The translations under genes were made by a program, and so were the position numbers. DNA of 64,000 nt from a virus: IMG/VR virus record IMGVR_UViG_3300021138_000017, positions 1 to 64,000 of that record; one strand, 5' to 3'. The notes under the pieces were generated by a model. It searched no databases, was not told where the DNA came from, and was given only the letters and a program-made list of their open reading frames with translations. The number at the start of each line of letters is the position of its first letter. Position 1 is the stretch's first letter. Below, piece by piece: positions 1 to 8,677 of this stretch.

Positions 1-1
1 G

Positions 2-577
2 ATAGTTGTCTTTTAGATTACAGCCTCGCTTAATCCAGCCAGTAAGTTCGTTTACAGACATTTCTTTGCGATCAACTATGCGACATACTCTTACTTTTGG
101 GACTCTCATTTTTGTAAGTGTCGATTCTTTTGCTTTCTTACCATAGTTAGGATTATTACTACCAGAAAAATCTGCGTGATTATCCTTCATTTTTTGTTTT
201 TGCTTATCTGTTCGTTTAGAGCCCTTATGTTTAGTATGCCCAAACTTTTTTCGTTCTTCTGTAGAATATGTTTTACCTATGTTCCAACCGCCACCACCGT
301 TTTCTATGGTTCTATTAGCCCAAATTCTGTTACCAAAATCATCCACAGAAGTTGTAATGCGGTATAGGTTACTGTAATGCCTACCAAGAGATACCATTTC
401 ATCACGATTTTTTCCGGAATAAATAACTTGAGTAGTAATATCGTCACCGTGTTGTTTAATATGCTTTTTCCAATCAATGCCCGAGCCTTTGTATTCGTAA
501 GGATCGTAATGAGTTTGACCTAAATATTTTAGTCCTGTTTTCTTATGCGTCTTAATGTAAAGCGTGTAAATAGTCAT
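2..577 (-). CDS. GIY-YIG (Seg-like) homing endonuclease, runs off the left window edge
   Basis: Not in the ORF track. Hand translation from ATG 577 gives MTIYTLYIKTHKKTGLKYLGQT..YKGSG..WKKH.., then a basic NUMOD3-like segment (SGSNNPNYGK). No stop before position 1. Confidence 0.8.
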   Translation of the reverse strand, partial: MTIYTLYIKTHKKTGLKYLGQTHYDPYEYKGSGIDWKKHIKQHGDDITTQVIYSGKNRDEMVSLGRHYSNLYRITTSVDDFGNRIWANRTIENGGGGWNIGKTYSTEERKKFGHTKHKGSKRTDKQKQKMKDNHADFSGSNNPNYGKKAKESTLTKMRVPKVRVCRIVDRKEMSVNELTGWIKRGCNLKDNY

Positions 578-579
578 TG

Positions 580-644
580 CTGATAGTTCCTTTTTAACTG
601 TTAGAGTAGTTGGATCTGCCAGGATCGCGAACTACACTTATTTA
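580..644 (-). promoter_or_regulatory. TAAATA promoter plus double-hairpin leader of the endonuclease gene
   Basis: TAAATA on - strand at 639-644; inverted repeats GTAGTT/AACTAC and CTGATAGTT/AACTGTTAG, the second enclosing the AAGGA RBS. Confidence 0.55.
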
Positions 645-688
645 GTTCATATTCATCTTTCATTGATTTTATTAGGTTACCAAAATAG

Positions 689-717
689 TTGACAGTATGG
701 TTAAATTCTGTTACAAT
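689..717 (+). promoter_or_regulatory. sigma70-type promoter
   Basis: TTGACA-N17-TACAAT. Confidence 0.7.
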
Positions 718-737
718 AATAGTATAGAGTTAAAAGG

Positions 738-923
738 ATGAATTGTAAAATGACACCACAACAAATGATTTTGAAACTAAGAAGCGGAAGACTCGACGAA
801 CTAGATGTTTGCGGTTATGAAATCGCTAATATGATTCAGGAACTACTGGATACAATTAGAACCCTTAATAATATTAATAGAAATAGCGAAGGATTATATT
901 CGCTCGAAGATGAGAATGATTGA
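738..923 (+). CDS. hypothetical protein
   Basis: ORF downstream of promoter; overlaps next start. Confidence 0.6.
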   Translation: MNCKMTPQQMILKLRSGRLDELDVCGYEIANMIQELLDTIRTLNNINRNSEGLYSLEDEND

Positions 924-1082
924 TAACTTTAATAATGCTGTTACTAATAACGATCATCTGATAGGATACCGTTGCTATCGATGTAGCGGTGTGTTCCAAA
1001 GTATGTGGGCACCACTTGTAATAAATGTCGTGACGAAGAATCATATTATGCGGCTATGAAAAAAGGATTATTAAATGGATAA
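916..1082 (+). pseudogene. frameshifted small zinc-ribbon protein (or sequencing error)
   Basis: CYRC in frame from ATG 916. A -1 shift at TGGGC (1006-1010) gives GTTCNKCRDEE..NG*, ending in an 8-nt overlap with the next ATG. Confidence 0.55.
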
Positions 1083-1260
1083 AACCATAAAGGTTTTTAA
1101 AATTACAGTTGTTGTTTTTTTAATGATTTTATCAGTAGCGATGTTTATTATGTTAGATGATCATACTGTAAAGTATGATTGTAATATGTTGATGGGCGGA
1201 TGGCATCCTGATGTACCAGCCCAAGTACAAGAAGAATGTAGAAAAGGAACACAAACATGA
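1075..1260 (+). CDS. small membrane-anchored protein
   Basis: N-terminal hydrophobic helix, two Cys; ATGA coupling to next gene. Confidence 0.65.
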   Translation: MDKTIKVFKITVVVFLMILSVAMFIMLDDHTVKYDCNMLMGGWHPDVPAQVQEECRKGTQT

Positions 1261-1709
1261 CTTTAATAGCCAAACCTATTGTTGATAAACAGTTTTGGGT
1301 AATACAGCAAAACGAAGAAAAAGTTGGCAACGTAGAAGCCTGTGCCGGTGGGTATCAAGTAAAAATAAACAATCAAGTAATAGCACAATACAAAACTATA
1401 AAATTAGTTGAGCGTAATGTTGACATACAATTTGAACCTTCCGCCAAAATAGTAAAGAAAAAGATATCTACCAATACCGTACACGGATTTCCCACAGCAG
1501 GTAGAGCGCACAATCCTATGTGGGACGTACCACAAAAATTACCAGTGTATACTAAAACAAAAAAAAGTAAAAGTTGGCATGCCGCCGGCTGGTATACAGT
1601 TAAAAAAGGTCGTAAATGGGAAGCTATGCAAGATCCCAAATTAATTTTATTACAAAGATATCCTTATAAAGGACCATTTCATACAGAAGAAGAGGCAATA
1701 CCAAAATGA
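1257..1709 (+). CDS. hypothetical phage protein
   Basis: 150-aa ORF, AAGGA RBS, ATGA overlaps on both sides. Confidence 0.8.
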   Translation: MTLIAKPIVDKQFWVIQQNEEKVGNVEACAGGYQVKINNQVIAQYKTIKLVERNVDIQFEPSAKIVKKKISTNTVHGFPTAGRAHNPMWDVPQKLPVYTKTKKSKSWHAAGWYTVKKGRKWEAMQDPKLILLQRYPYKGPFHTEEEAIPK

Positions 1710-2074
1710 CAAATTTATTTCGTGACCAAGAAAAATTCATGCGAGCTTGCGAACAAACAGTAGACGAGGAAAACATTTCACAATATGCTATGTATTTGAA
1801 ATTAATCGATGAAGAAGTTTCCGAACTACATCAGGCTGTTGTTGCTAATGATAAGGTAGAACAGTTAGATGCCCTTGTTGATATTTTAGTTGTCACCATA
1901 GGAGCCATACATAGCGCAGGCTTTGATGGCGAAGGTGCTTGGAAAGAAGTTATGTCCACTAACTTTGCCAAAATCGATCGTCAATTAGGTAAGGTACGTC
2001 GCAGAGAAGATGGTAAAGTTTTAAAACCTGATGGATGGATACCTCCTCAATTAGAAAACTTTTTGAAGAGGTAA
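1706..2074 (+). CDS. MazG-like / all-alpha NTP pyrophosphohydrolase
   Basis: LIDEEVSEL..LDALVDILVV..EVMSTNFAK..DGKVLKP (EExxE..D metal motif). Confidence 0.85.
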   Translation: MTNLFRDQEKFMRACEQTVDEENISQYAMYLKLIDEEVSELHQAVVANDKVEQLDALVDILVVTIGAIHSAGFDGEGAWKEVMSTNFAKIDRQLGKVRRREDGKVLKPDGWIPPQLENFLKR

Positions 2075-2076
2075 CA

Positions 2077-2283
2077 GTGAGCTTACATCTACAAAAATTT
2101 ATAGAACGCATACGTGGGCACGAAGCTCGTGGTGTTAAAGATTTTGTAATGCCAATGGCGGATGCCAAAGGCATGCACGCTGATTTAACTGAATTGCTTC
2201 TTGAACTTAAACAGTATCAAGAAGCCGAGCTGTCGTCAAAAGACGAAGTCATACAGGTTCAAATCGATGGCGGAAAATTTTAA
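2077..2283 (+). CDS. hypothetical protein (likely GTG start at 2077)
   Basis: GAGG RBS before GTG, just after the previous stop. Confidence 0.65.
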   Translation: MSLHLQKFIERIRGHEARGVKDFVMPMADAKGMHADLTELLLELKQYQEAELSSKDEVIQVQIDGGKF

Positions 2284-2315
2284 TATGCGTCTATTTACTA
2301 TATAAATATAGCATT

Positions 2316-2603
2316 ATGTCACGTCCTAAACCAAAAATTTTAGCAGAAGTAACAAATAAATCTACTTACAAAAGTGAGCAGGTGCTAGCCTCTGAAGGTA
2401 TTTGGGCGGTGTATTTTTCCGATGAACCTATCAATTTAAAAACCAGCAATATGTTAGTTCAATACCCTGGACCCAAATATAAAAAAGTATCATTTAGTAA
2501 TCCAGGACATGCCATTAATCTAGCTAAAAAACTAAATCAACAATTTAAAACAGACAAATTTAGTGTAGTATTGCTAAAGCAAGGCGATAAAATTTTTCCT
2601 TAA
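2316..2603 (+). CDS. hypothetical basic phage protein
   Basis: 95-aa ORF; TATAAATA ends 7 nt before the ATG. Confidence 0.8.
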   Translation: MSRPKPKILAEVTNKSTYKSEQVLASEGIWAVYFSDEPINLKTSNMLVQYPGPKYKKVSFSNPGHAINLAKKLNQQFKTDKFSVVLLKQGDKIFP

Positions 2604-2604
2604 T

Positions 2605-3000
2605 GTGCGCGATCTTAGACAACAATTAACACACGATTTAGTAAAAAAATTAGATGTTGATTTAGGTATTACCTATAAAATTGCCATGAAAACTTGGTGG
2701 CATAATATAAGACCAGATGGCGGTATGCGACTTACTGACAAAGGTTATCAAATATTAAATCAAATGCTTAAACTGCCACAATACAAAATTGAGTTGACTG
2801 GTATCAATAAAATAAACAATAGTGTGTTGTTAGACTTAGATAGGAAAATACAGAATCCCTATTACATTATGGCCAAACATACAGTTCCATATAGACTTGT
2901 GTTATTTGGGGATAAAGAAGCTATGTTAATTACATTATATGGGGATTTAATTAAATTTTTGAACAATTATTCTGTTGATTCTGTCCAAAAAACCAGCTAA
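2605..3000 (+). CDS. hypothetical protein
   Basis: 131-aa ORF abutting previous gene. Confidence 0.7.
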   Translation: MRDLRQQLTHDLVKKLDVDLGITYKIAMKTWWHNIRPDGGMRLTDKGYQILNQMLKLPQYKIELTGINKINNSVLLDLDRKIQNPYYIMAKHTVPYRLVLFGDKEAMLITLYGDLIKFLNNYSVDSVQKTS

Positions 3001-3368
3001 AGTATAGTACTAATGTCAATAGCGAATAAATATTAGACTATGGACCAACGAAGGAAATCTATAGAAAAAAGACTACTAAAAGAAATTTTTTCTAATGATA
3101 AAATAGCGCAGTCTAAAAAAATACGAGTTCAACTACATCTAGCTTGGCACGCTCGTGGCAATCTCCCAATTGACGGCAATATAGTGAAAGGATATAATTA
3201 GTATGATGATAACTATAACCGCATTAATCATCGGGGCTGTAATTGTATATTCAATGATTGAAATCAAAGATTACATTAACAACACCCGCAACTGAATATT
3301 ATCTCTAGCAATAATGCTAGAATTAATATACGTAACAGAGATGTTACATTTTTAAAAGGAAATCAAGA

Positions 3369-3917
3369 ATGAAAAAAATTATAGCAATTTTAGTATCAAC
3401 TTTTGTAGTAGGCTCAGCTATGGCTGCGTCGGTATCTTTAGAAGACCAATTCCAAAGTGGTGACAATGGTGCGGCTGATAGCCATAACTATTCTGTAACT
3501 ATCAAAGAATCTGTTACTAAAAATATCACAGCTGACATTGCTGCAACACAGTATGTGAGTCCTACTGACAGTTTAAGTACTCGTGCTGAAGTAGGTGGTA
3601 CATATAGTCATCCAGTTGGACCAGTAGGAGTTTATACTCGTGTAGCTGTTGGCAATAAATTTACAGGCAGCACAGACTTTGGATACTATTCAGTTGAACC
3701 AGGTGTTACAGCGGCATTAGGATCTGGAGTTTCAGCTAAATTGGGATATCGCTATCGCACAGCATTTGACAACACTATCAGCGACAAGACTAACACAGTA
3801 CGTGCTACAGTTGCTTATGATTTAACTAAGAAAGATCAAATCGGTGTACGCTATGACAAGCAGTATGGTGATAGTCAATCACACACAGTGAATTTAATTT
3901 ATACACGTGGTTTCTAA
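3369..3917 (+). CDS. outer-membrane beta-barrel protein (porin/Ail-Lom-like)
   Basis: Sec signal peptide (MKKIIAIL..SAMA), alternating amphipathic strands, C-terminal YTRGF BAM-type signal, AAGGA RBS. Confidence 0.85.
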   Translation: MKKIIAILVSTFVVGSAMAASVSLEDQFQSGDNGAADSHNYSVTIKESVTKNITADIAATQYVSPTDSLSTRAEVGGTYSHPVGPVGVYTRVAVGNKFTGSTDFGYYSVEPGVTAALGSGVSAKLGYRYRTAFDNTISDKTNTVRATVAYDLTKKDQIGVRYDKQYGDSQSHTVNLIYTRGF

Positions 3918-3931
3918 TAGTAACTAGCATC

Positions 3932-3957
3932 AAAAACCCGCTTAGGCGGGTTTTTCT
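3932..3957 (+). terminator. intrinsic terminator
   Basis: AAAACCCGC-TTAG-GCGGGTTTTTT. Confidence 0.85.
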
Positions 3958-3985
3958 TGACTTTTTATTGTAAATAATATATAAT
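3957..3985 (+). promoter_or_regulatory. sigma70-type promoter of tmRNA
   Basis: TTGACT-N17-TATAAT. Confidence 0.8.
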
Positions 3986-3991
3986 GTTAGT

Positions 3992-4348
3992 ATTGTTGTA
4001 ATTCCTTTGTAGTAAAGGCATTGTGGACGTGGGTTCGATTCCCACCATCTCCACCGAAGTGTATTGTGCAACCAAATGGGAGTGCAAAGTTCGTGGGACA
4101 GTATATTTCGTTGGGGGTGACCTGGTTTCGACATGGTGAGATAGCGAAAAAGGCAACACGGGAAGGTGAAACCCGTAGGGTTGGGGAGACTCGGCCGTAG
4201 AAGCAAATCTCGTAAATGCAAAAGCATCTACTGGCGAAGTAACTGTTTCAGGTAAGAACATCAAGTTCCGCACTTTAGCAGCCAAAGGCCAATCTTTAGC
4301 AGTTTAATCACTGCTTTGCGGAGTTATCCGTCGAAACAGAAAATAACA
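3992..4348 (+). ncRNA. ssrA: circularly permuted (two-piece) tmRNA
   Basis: The T-arm and 3' acceptor strand (GGGTTCGATTCCC-AC-CATCTCC-ACC, 4031-4055) precede the 5' strand GGGGGTGACCTGGTTTCGAC (from 4113). G3:U pair present. Intervening hairpin 4055-4110. Tag frame after TAAAT at 4218-4307. Confidence 0.9.
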
Positions 4349-4375
4349 GATAGGAGCTTCGGCTCCTATTCTTTT
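4349..4375 (+). terminator. intrinsic terminator after tmRNA
   Basis: ATAGGAGC-TTCG-GCTCCTAT-TCTTTT. Confidence 0.85.
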
Positions 4376-4390
4376 GACAGCAATCTCTGG

Positions 4391-4419
4391 TTGACTTTTA
4401 TGTAAATAACAAGTATAAT
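4391..4419 (+). promoter_or_regulatory. sigma70-type promoter
   Basis: TTGACT-N17-TATAAT. Confidence 0.75.
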
Positions 4420-4446
4420 ATATAAATTACTTAAAGAAAGGCAAAT

Positions 4447-4620
4447 ATGGCTGGAACATCAAAATCAATTTACTTAACAATATACAAAAAAGGCACATTA
4501 AAAACTGAGTTTACAAAAGTATTTTTTAATGCCAAAGATTATAATGCTTATGTTAAAAAAGATGAATTCCAAGAAAAATGGCCTAAAGCTGAATTTGATA
4601 TTATAAAAGAAATTTATTAA
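4447..4620 (+). CDS. small hypothetical protein (57 aa)
   Basis: Below track cutoff; AAAGG RBS; MAGTSKSIYLTIYKK.. Confidence 0.65.
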   Translation: MAGTSKSIYLTIYKKGTLKTEFTKVFFNAKDYNAYVKKDEFQEKWPKAEFDIIKEIY

Positions 4621-4628
4621 AGGAGGGC

Positions 4629-5225
4629 ATGATGCCCAGTGTATTTTTAGTAAGTGACACACACTTTGGGCACAAAGGAGTATGCCACTTTACACGTAAC
4701 GATGGAGTAACTAAACTTCGACCCTGGGACACTCCTGAGGAGATGGACGAAGCTATGATTGCGAAATGGAACGAACGTGTTAAGCCTACGGATAAAGTTT
4801 ATCACTTAGGTGACGTTGTTATTAACCGTAGGGCTTTACCGACGCTAGCCAGATTAAACGGTGACAAAGTTTTAATTCGTGGAAACCATGACATTTTTCC
4901 AGATGACGAATATCGTCAATACTTTCGCGAATTACGTGCTTACCATGTGATGAACGGAATGATATTGAGTCATATTCCTATTCATCCAGAAAGTCTAGGA
5001 AGATTTGGAACTAACATACATGGACACTTACACGCTAGTCGTGTGATGTTATCTGGATTCAACGGTAAACAAACTGATATCGTTGATACAAGATATCACT
5101 GCGTATGCGTTGAGCAAACTGACTTCGCACCAATCTTGTTTGAAGAAGTTCTAGCACGTATCGAAGCTGAAGGTGGACAAATAGGTTTCCAAAATGGGAA
5201 TGGTACCACCCAAACCAGTATGTAA
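4629..5225 (+). CDS. calcineurin-like metallophosphoesterase
   Basis: SDTHFGH, HLGDV, RGNHD, SHIP, HGHLH motifs; GGAGG RBS. Confidence 0.92.
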   Translation: MMPSVFLVSDTHFGHKGVCHFTRNDGVTKLRPWDTPEEMDEAMIAKWNERVKPTDKVYHLGDVVINRRALPTLARLNGDKVLIRGNHDIFPDDEYRQYFRELRAYHVMNGMILSHIPIHPESLGRFGTNIHGHLHASRVMLSGFNGKQTDIVDTRYHCVCVEQTDFAPILFEEVLARIEAEGGQIGFQNGNGTTQTSM

Positions 5226-5226
5226 T

Positions 5227-5325
5227 TGCTGATCCCTCTAGTATTCAGCATCCGCCGGGGCGAAACAGGGAATGGGCTGCCGTCTGCGGGGTTTGATAGT
5301 TTTCCTGACACACAAAAAATTATCA
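5227..5325 (+). ncRNA. candidate structured RNA element
   Basis: GC-rich intergenic tract with three hairpins and a possible pseudoknot. Confidence 0.35.
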
Positions 5326-5353
5326 CTTATTCAATCAGCTAAATATTTCCATA

Positions 5354-5980
5354 ATGAATATCATATGCGGTCCTGCCGATGATCAACGTGAAATAACACT
5401 TACACTACCTAACAAAAGATCTAGAATAGGAGTTTTAGTAAGCGGTGGCATAGACAGTGCTATACTGTATTACCTGTTGCATTTAGAAAACACCGCCACA
5501 GGTAATATTCACGAAATACGCCCTATTTCAATTTTAAGAAAAGAAGGATCTAGATATTTTAGTCATTTAGTAGTAGGAGCCGTTAATCAACAATTCAATA
5601 TACCATTCATAGAACCTCAACTGTTTGGTGATAACTCATTACCTGAAGAAAAACAAATTAAGTCTTTGGTTGATCAAAGTCTTGTTTCGGGATTTAACAT
5701 AGTTTACGCTGGAGTAATAGAACAGTTGCCACAACATATGGTTGACTGGCAACCTATTCCCAGTAAAGAAACCGCAAGATTCAAAACACCATTTCAAACT
5801 ATTAATAAAAGTCACATTATAGATATAACTATTAAGTTTAAACAAGAAACTTTGTTTTATATTACTCACAGTTGTGCTAGTGCTGATTACCAAGTAGGAA
5901 GATGTAATCGCTGTAACGGTTGTAATGAAAGATCTTGGGGATTTGAAAAACTAGGATTGGTAGATCCCGGAACTATATAA
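5354..5980 (+). CDS. QueC-like PP-loop ATPase with C-terminal Zn site
   Basis: VLVSGGIDS; THSC..CNRCNGCNER. Confidence 0.75.
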   Translation: MNIICGPADDQREITLTLPNKRSRIGVLVSGGIDSAILYYLLHLENTATGNIHEIRPISILRKEGSRYFSHLVVGAVNQQFNIPFIEPQLFGDNSLPEEKQIKSLVDQSLVSGFNIVYAGVIEQLPQHMVDWQPIPSKETARFKTPFQTINKSHIIDITIKFKQETLFYITHSCASADYQVGRCNRCNGCNERSWGFEKLGLVDPGTI

Positions 5981-6559
5981 GTCTTGGATAATACTAACTA
6001 ATTCGTTATAATTTTTAGGTTTTGGAGTTTTTTTAGTGGGTGTAATAAAATTAACAAAATCTTCGTAATATAATTCTAAATTAACATCAATTTCACTACA
6101 AAGTTTATTACACTCTAACATGTGTATAATACAGTATTTAATTTCTTCCAAATTAATATTAATTATTTCTTCGGATGAAAAATCATTAATTACTCCACCT
6201 AAAGTACGATTTTTTAGAGTTGTAGTTGCTGTATAATAGGTCCAAATTTTTCTATTTCTGGCAAGATAAAAACTGGCTATTTGTTCAACTACATTTTTAC
6301 GATTAAGTTTAATTTTAAAATTGTCATTGGAAAAAATATATTTTTTAAGTGTTTCGGGATAATTAGAAATATGACTAACTATTATTTTTATGGCATGTCT
6401 ATTGTTTGATTGTTGAATAAATTCTTCTAGACAAAAATCAGGTGCTGGCTCAATATAATATTTAATATCAGTGTTTAAATTGGTAATATGGTGTAAGAGA
6501 GCATTACTGCCAGTTCTTGGACTGGCAAAAATGATTACTGGCCATTTATTAATATTCAT
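5951..6559 (-). CDS. sulfotransferase-fold protein
   Basis: ASPRTGS 5'-PSB-like loop, RKNVVEQIAS 3'-PB-like motif, YYED. Confidence 0.65.
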   Translation of the reverse strand: MNINKWPVIIFASPRTGSNALLHHITNLNTDIKYYIEPAPDFCLEEFIQQSNNRHAIKIIVSHISNYPETLKKYIFSNDNFKIKLNRKNVVEQIASFYLARNRKIWTYYTATTTLKNRTLGGVINDFSSEEIININLEEIKYCIIHMLECNKLCSEIDVNLELYYEDFVNFITPTKKTPKPKNYNELVSIIQDLYSSGIYQS

Positions 6560-6592
6560 TTAAAACAAAATCCATATTTTTCATTAAATATT

Positions 6593-7171
6593 TCATGCTA
6601 AAGCAACTCCATGTATAGGTGGTAAAATAGGGTCAACATCTATATTATCACAAGTCCAAGGCATAAGCCTAATACTAAGAGCTATTGCCGAATTGTTTCC
6701 ATCGTTACGTAGAGAATGAAAAGTTCCTATATCGCTTATGAATGGTTTATCGCACATAACAGTGTCTAATTCTAAAGCAAAAGAATCTGAAATCATTGGT
6801 ACTATTGGCCAGTTGTTGGCTTCCCCATAATAAAATACTTTTGTAGAATCAGTTACTTCATACCAAGACCATGTTAATTTGTCACAGGATTTTAAAGGTA
6901 AGAAAAGACACCTACAAGATTTTCTGGGATCTTTAGTTTCTTTAGGCTTGTCTGAATGTATGCTAAATCGAGTATTTGGAGGCAAATAAACCAACATAAT
7001 TTTAGCTGTTGTATATTCAGTGTTGTCAATTTTTAAAATATTAAAAATCTCAACTTGTTTATCTTTAGACAAGGGCACAACTTGACTAGAAGAATATTCA
7101 ACAGAACCAATGACTGAAAGTATATTGTCAGTTAAAATATTATTCCACACAACTGATTTATAGTAATTCAT
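6593..7171 (-). CDS. Fe(II)/2OG oxygenase-like cupin (start corrected to 7171)
   Basis: IHSD..FHSL facial triad; TAAATA 5 nt before ATG 7171. Confidence 0.65.
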   Translation of the reverse strand: MNYYKSVVWNNILTDNILSVIGSVEYSSSQVVPLSKDKQVEIFNILKIDNTEYTTAKIMLVYLPPNTRFSIHSDKPKETKDPRKSCRCLFLPLKSCDKLTWSWYEVTDSTKVFYYGEANNWPIVPMISDSFALELDTVMCDKPFISDIGTFHSLRNDGNNSAIALSIRLMPWTCDNIDVDPILPPIHGVALA

Positions 7172-7197
7172 GCTGATATTTAGCACTAAATAAATCC

Positions 7198-7815
7198 ATG
7201 TCAAACGATAACTTGCTATTTGCCAGCGTAAATTTACCTTTATTAAATAAAACAGAAGCTGCCAAGCAATTACTTGCTTTACCAAAAAAGTGTAGTTTTT
7301 GGGATGCCTATCGATATACTAAAATGATTCCGCTTATGAGCAAAGGTGGATTAGTGGCGTCAAACAATTTATCCGGAGAATTTAAATGGAATAATTATAC
7401 ACCCGATATTATCAGAGATTGGTTTGATAATATAGTGTTTCCTTGGATGGGGATGAAGTCTAGAGTAATGGCTTTGATTACACAACCCGGAATAGCTAAT
7501 TATGAACATATAGATTGCGACCCGCATGAACTTAATAGTAAACAACATAAGTTTAGAATTGTTTTACAGGGAGATACTAGCACATTATATTTTATTACCG
7601 ATAAAGGAAATATCCATGTGCCTAATCTTGATAAATGTTTTATTATGGACGGCGGCTGGCCGCATGGAATGATTAATAATACCGATGATGTTAAAGTAAC
7701 ATTAGCCGTTGGGGCTCCGTGGACCGGTAATAATAATTATGACAACATTGAATTAATTATGAATCGTAACGAATATTCTATGCCTGTTGACCTTATTCCT
7801 TATTGGAAAAAATGA
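7198..7815 (+). CDS. Fe(II)/2OG oxygenase (Asp/Asn beta-hydroxylase-like)
   Basis: EHID..FRIVL..PHGMIN. Confidence 0.7.
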   Translation: MSNDNLLFASVNLPLLNKTEAAKQLLALPKKCSFWDAYRYTKMIPLMSKGGLVASNNLSGEFKWNNYTPDIIRDWFDNIVFPWMGMKSRVMALITQPGIANYEHIDCDPHELNSKQHKFRIVLQGDTSTLYFITDKGNIHVPNLDKCFIMDGGWPHGMINNTDDVKVTLAVGAPWTGNNNYDNIELIMNRNEYSMPVDLIPYWKK

Positions 7816-8459
7816 ACGATTTTTATTACAAAACAAAATTTAATTTTTCCAATGATGCTAGTAACTGGATAATTGATAGGTATACTGACTGTTTTAATTC
7901 TAAATTTTTTCATGATTTAGATATTACACAACATAACAGACAGTGCCAAACAGAGTGGCAAAATAGTAAAGCCGGAAAAGAATTAATAGACTTTTTATCC
8001 CTATATCACTGCGATATAAACTACTATGGTATTGGGGTATTCATTAGTAATTCAGATATCACTGTTAAAACAAATCCTCATATAGATGCTAAGTTTTTCC
8101 AAGGCTCTAGTTATCGTATTAAATCTAGATTCAATGTAATGGTTTTAGGAAATCCAGAAGATAAAATGATTTGGTGGGACCATATTGAGTATAACGACAG
8201 ACGGTTAATTGAATCAAAATTCAATACTATTACTGGGCAGGAGTATAGTAGTAAAGCAATACCTGGAAATAATTCTATAGACAGATGGAACTATCTTGGT
8301 AATCCAACTGTTCAAGTGGCTAATTTATTAACTCCTAGTGCTTTTGTTCGAACTGATTGTGCTCATGGGTTGATACTAAGCCCTGTACCTAGATTAATTG
8401 TCACTGTAGCCTTGGACAAATCTTTGTCTGAAATTAATAAAATACTTGACTTTCAATAA
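7812..8459 (+). CDS. Fe(II)/2OG oxygenase-like cupin
   Basis: PHID..AHGL..PRLIVTV; ATGA overlap at 7812. Confidence 0.6.
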   Translation: MNDFYYKTKFNFSNDASNWIIDRYTDCFNSKFFHDLDITQHNRQCQTEWQNSKAGKELIDFLSLYHCDINYYGIGVFISNSDITVKTNPHIDAKFFQGSSYRIKSRFNVMVLGNPEDKMIWWDHIEYNDRRLIESKFNTITGQEYSSKAIPGNNSIDRWNYLGNPTVQVANLLTPSAFVRTDCAHGLILSPVPRLIVTVALDKSLSEINKILDFQ

Positions 8460-8474
8460 AGTTCAGTATATAAT
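8446..8474 (+). promoter_or_regulatory. sigma70-type promoter
   Basis: TTGACT-N17-TATAAT. Confidence 0.75.
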
Positions 8475-8497
8475 ATACTATAACTTAAGGAGTTAAT

Positions 8498-8668
8498 ATG
8501 GCAAAACAACAAAAACAGCAATCGTCTTCGGAACTGAGCAAAACTCTAGCAGGACAATTATCAAAAACAGAAAAACGTATATTAATAGCTCGTGAAATAA
8601 GAAAAGACAAAGAAAAAACTTTTCAAATTATGAAAAAATTTAAAAACACTCAATTTTTATCTAAATAA
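8498..8668 (+). CDS. small basic protein (56 aa)
   Basis: AAGGAG RBS; Lys-rich ORF below track cutoff. Confidence 0.65.
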   Translation: MAKQQKQQSSSELSKTLAGQLSKTEKRILIAREIRKDKEKTFQIMKKFKNTQFLSK

Positions 8669-8677
8669 GGAAACACA

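Noticed and set aside
176-367. 63-aa plus-strand ORF
   Set aside because: Antisense to the GIY-YIG endonuclease frame
3039-3295. Two very short plus-strand ORFs
   Set aside because: Under 55 aa, weak start signals, no recognisable motif
3826-4285. Minus-strand ORFs of 133 and 106 aa
   Set aside because: Antisense shadows of the tmRNA (WRWWESNPRP is the reverse-translated T-arm)
5227-5290. Hammerhead ribozyme (CTGA..GAAA)
   Set aside because: Core would need CUGANGA; the sequence reads CTGATCC
5354-5980. 7-deazaguanine DNA modification pathway
   Set aside because: Only a divergent QueC-like gene; no folE, queD, queE or dpdA recognisable in the window
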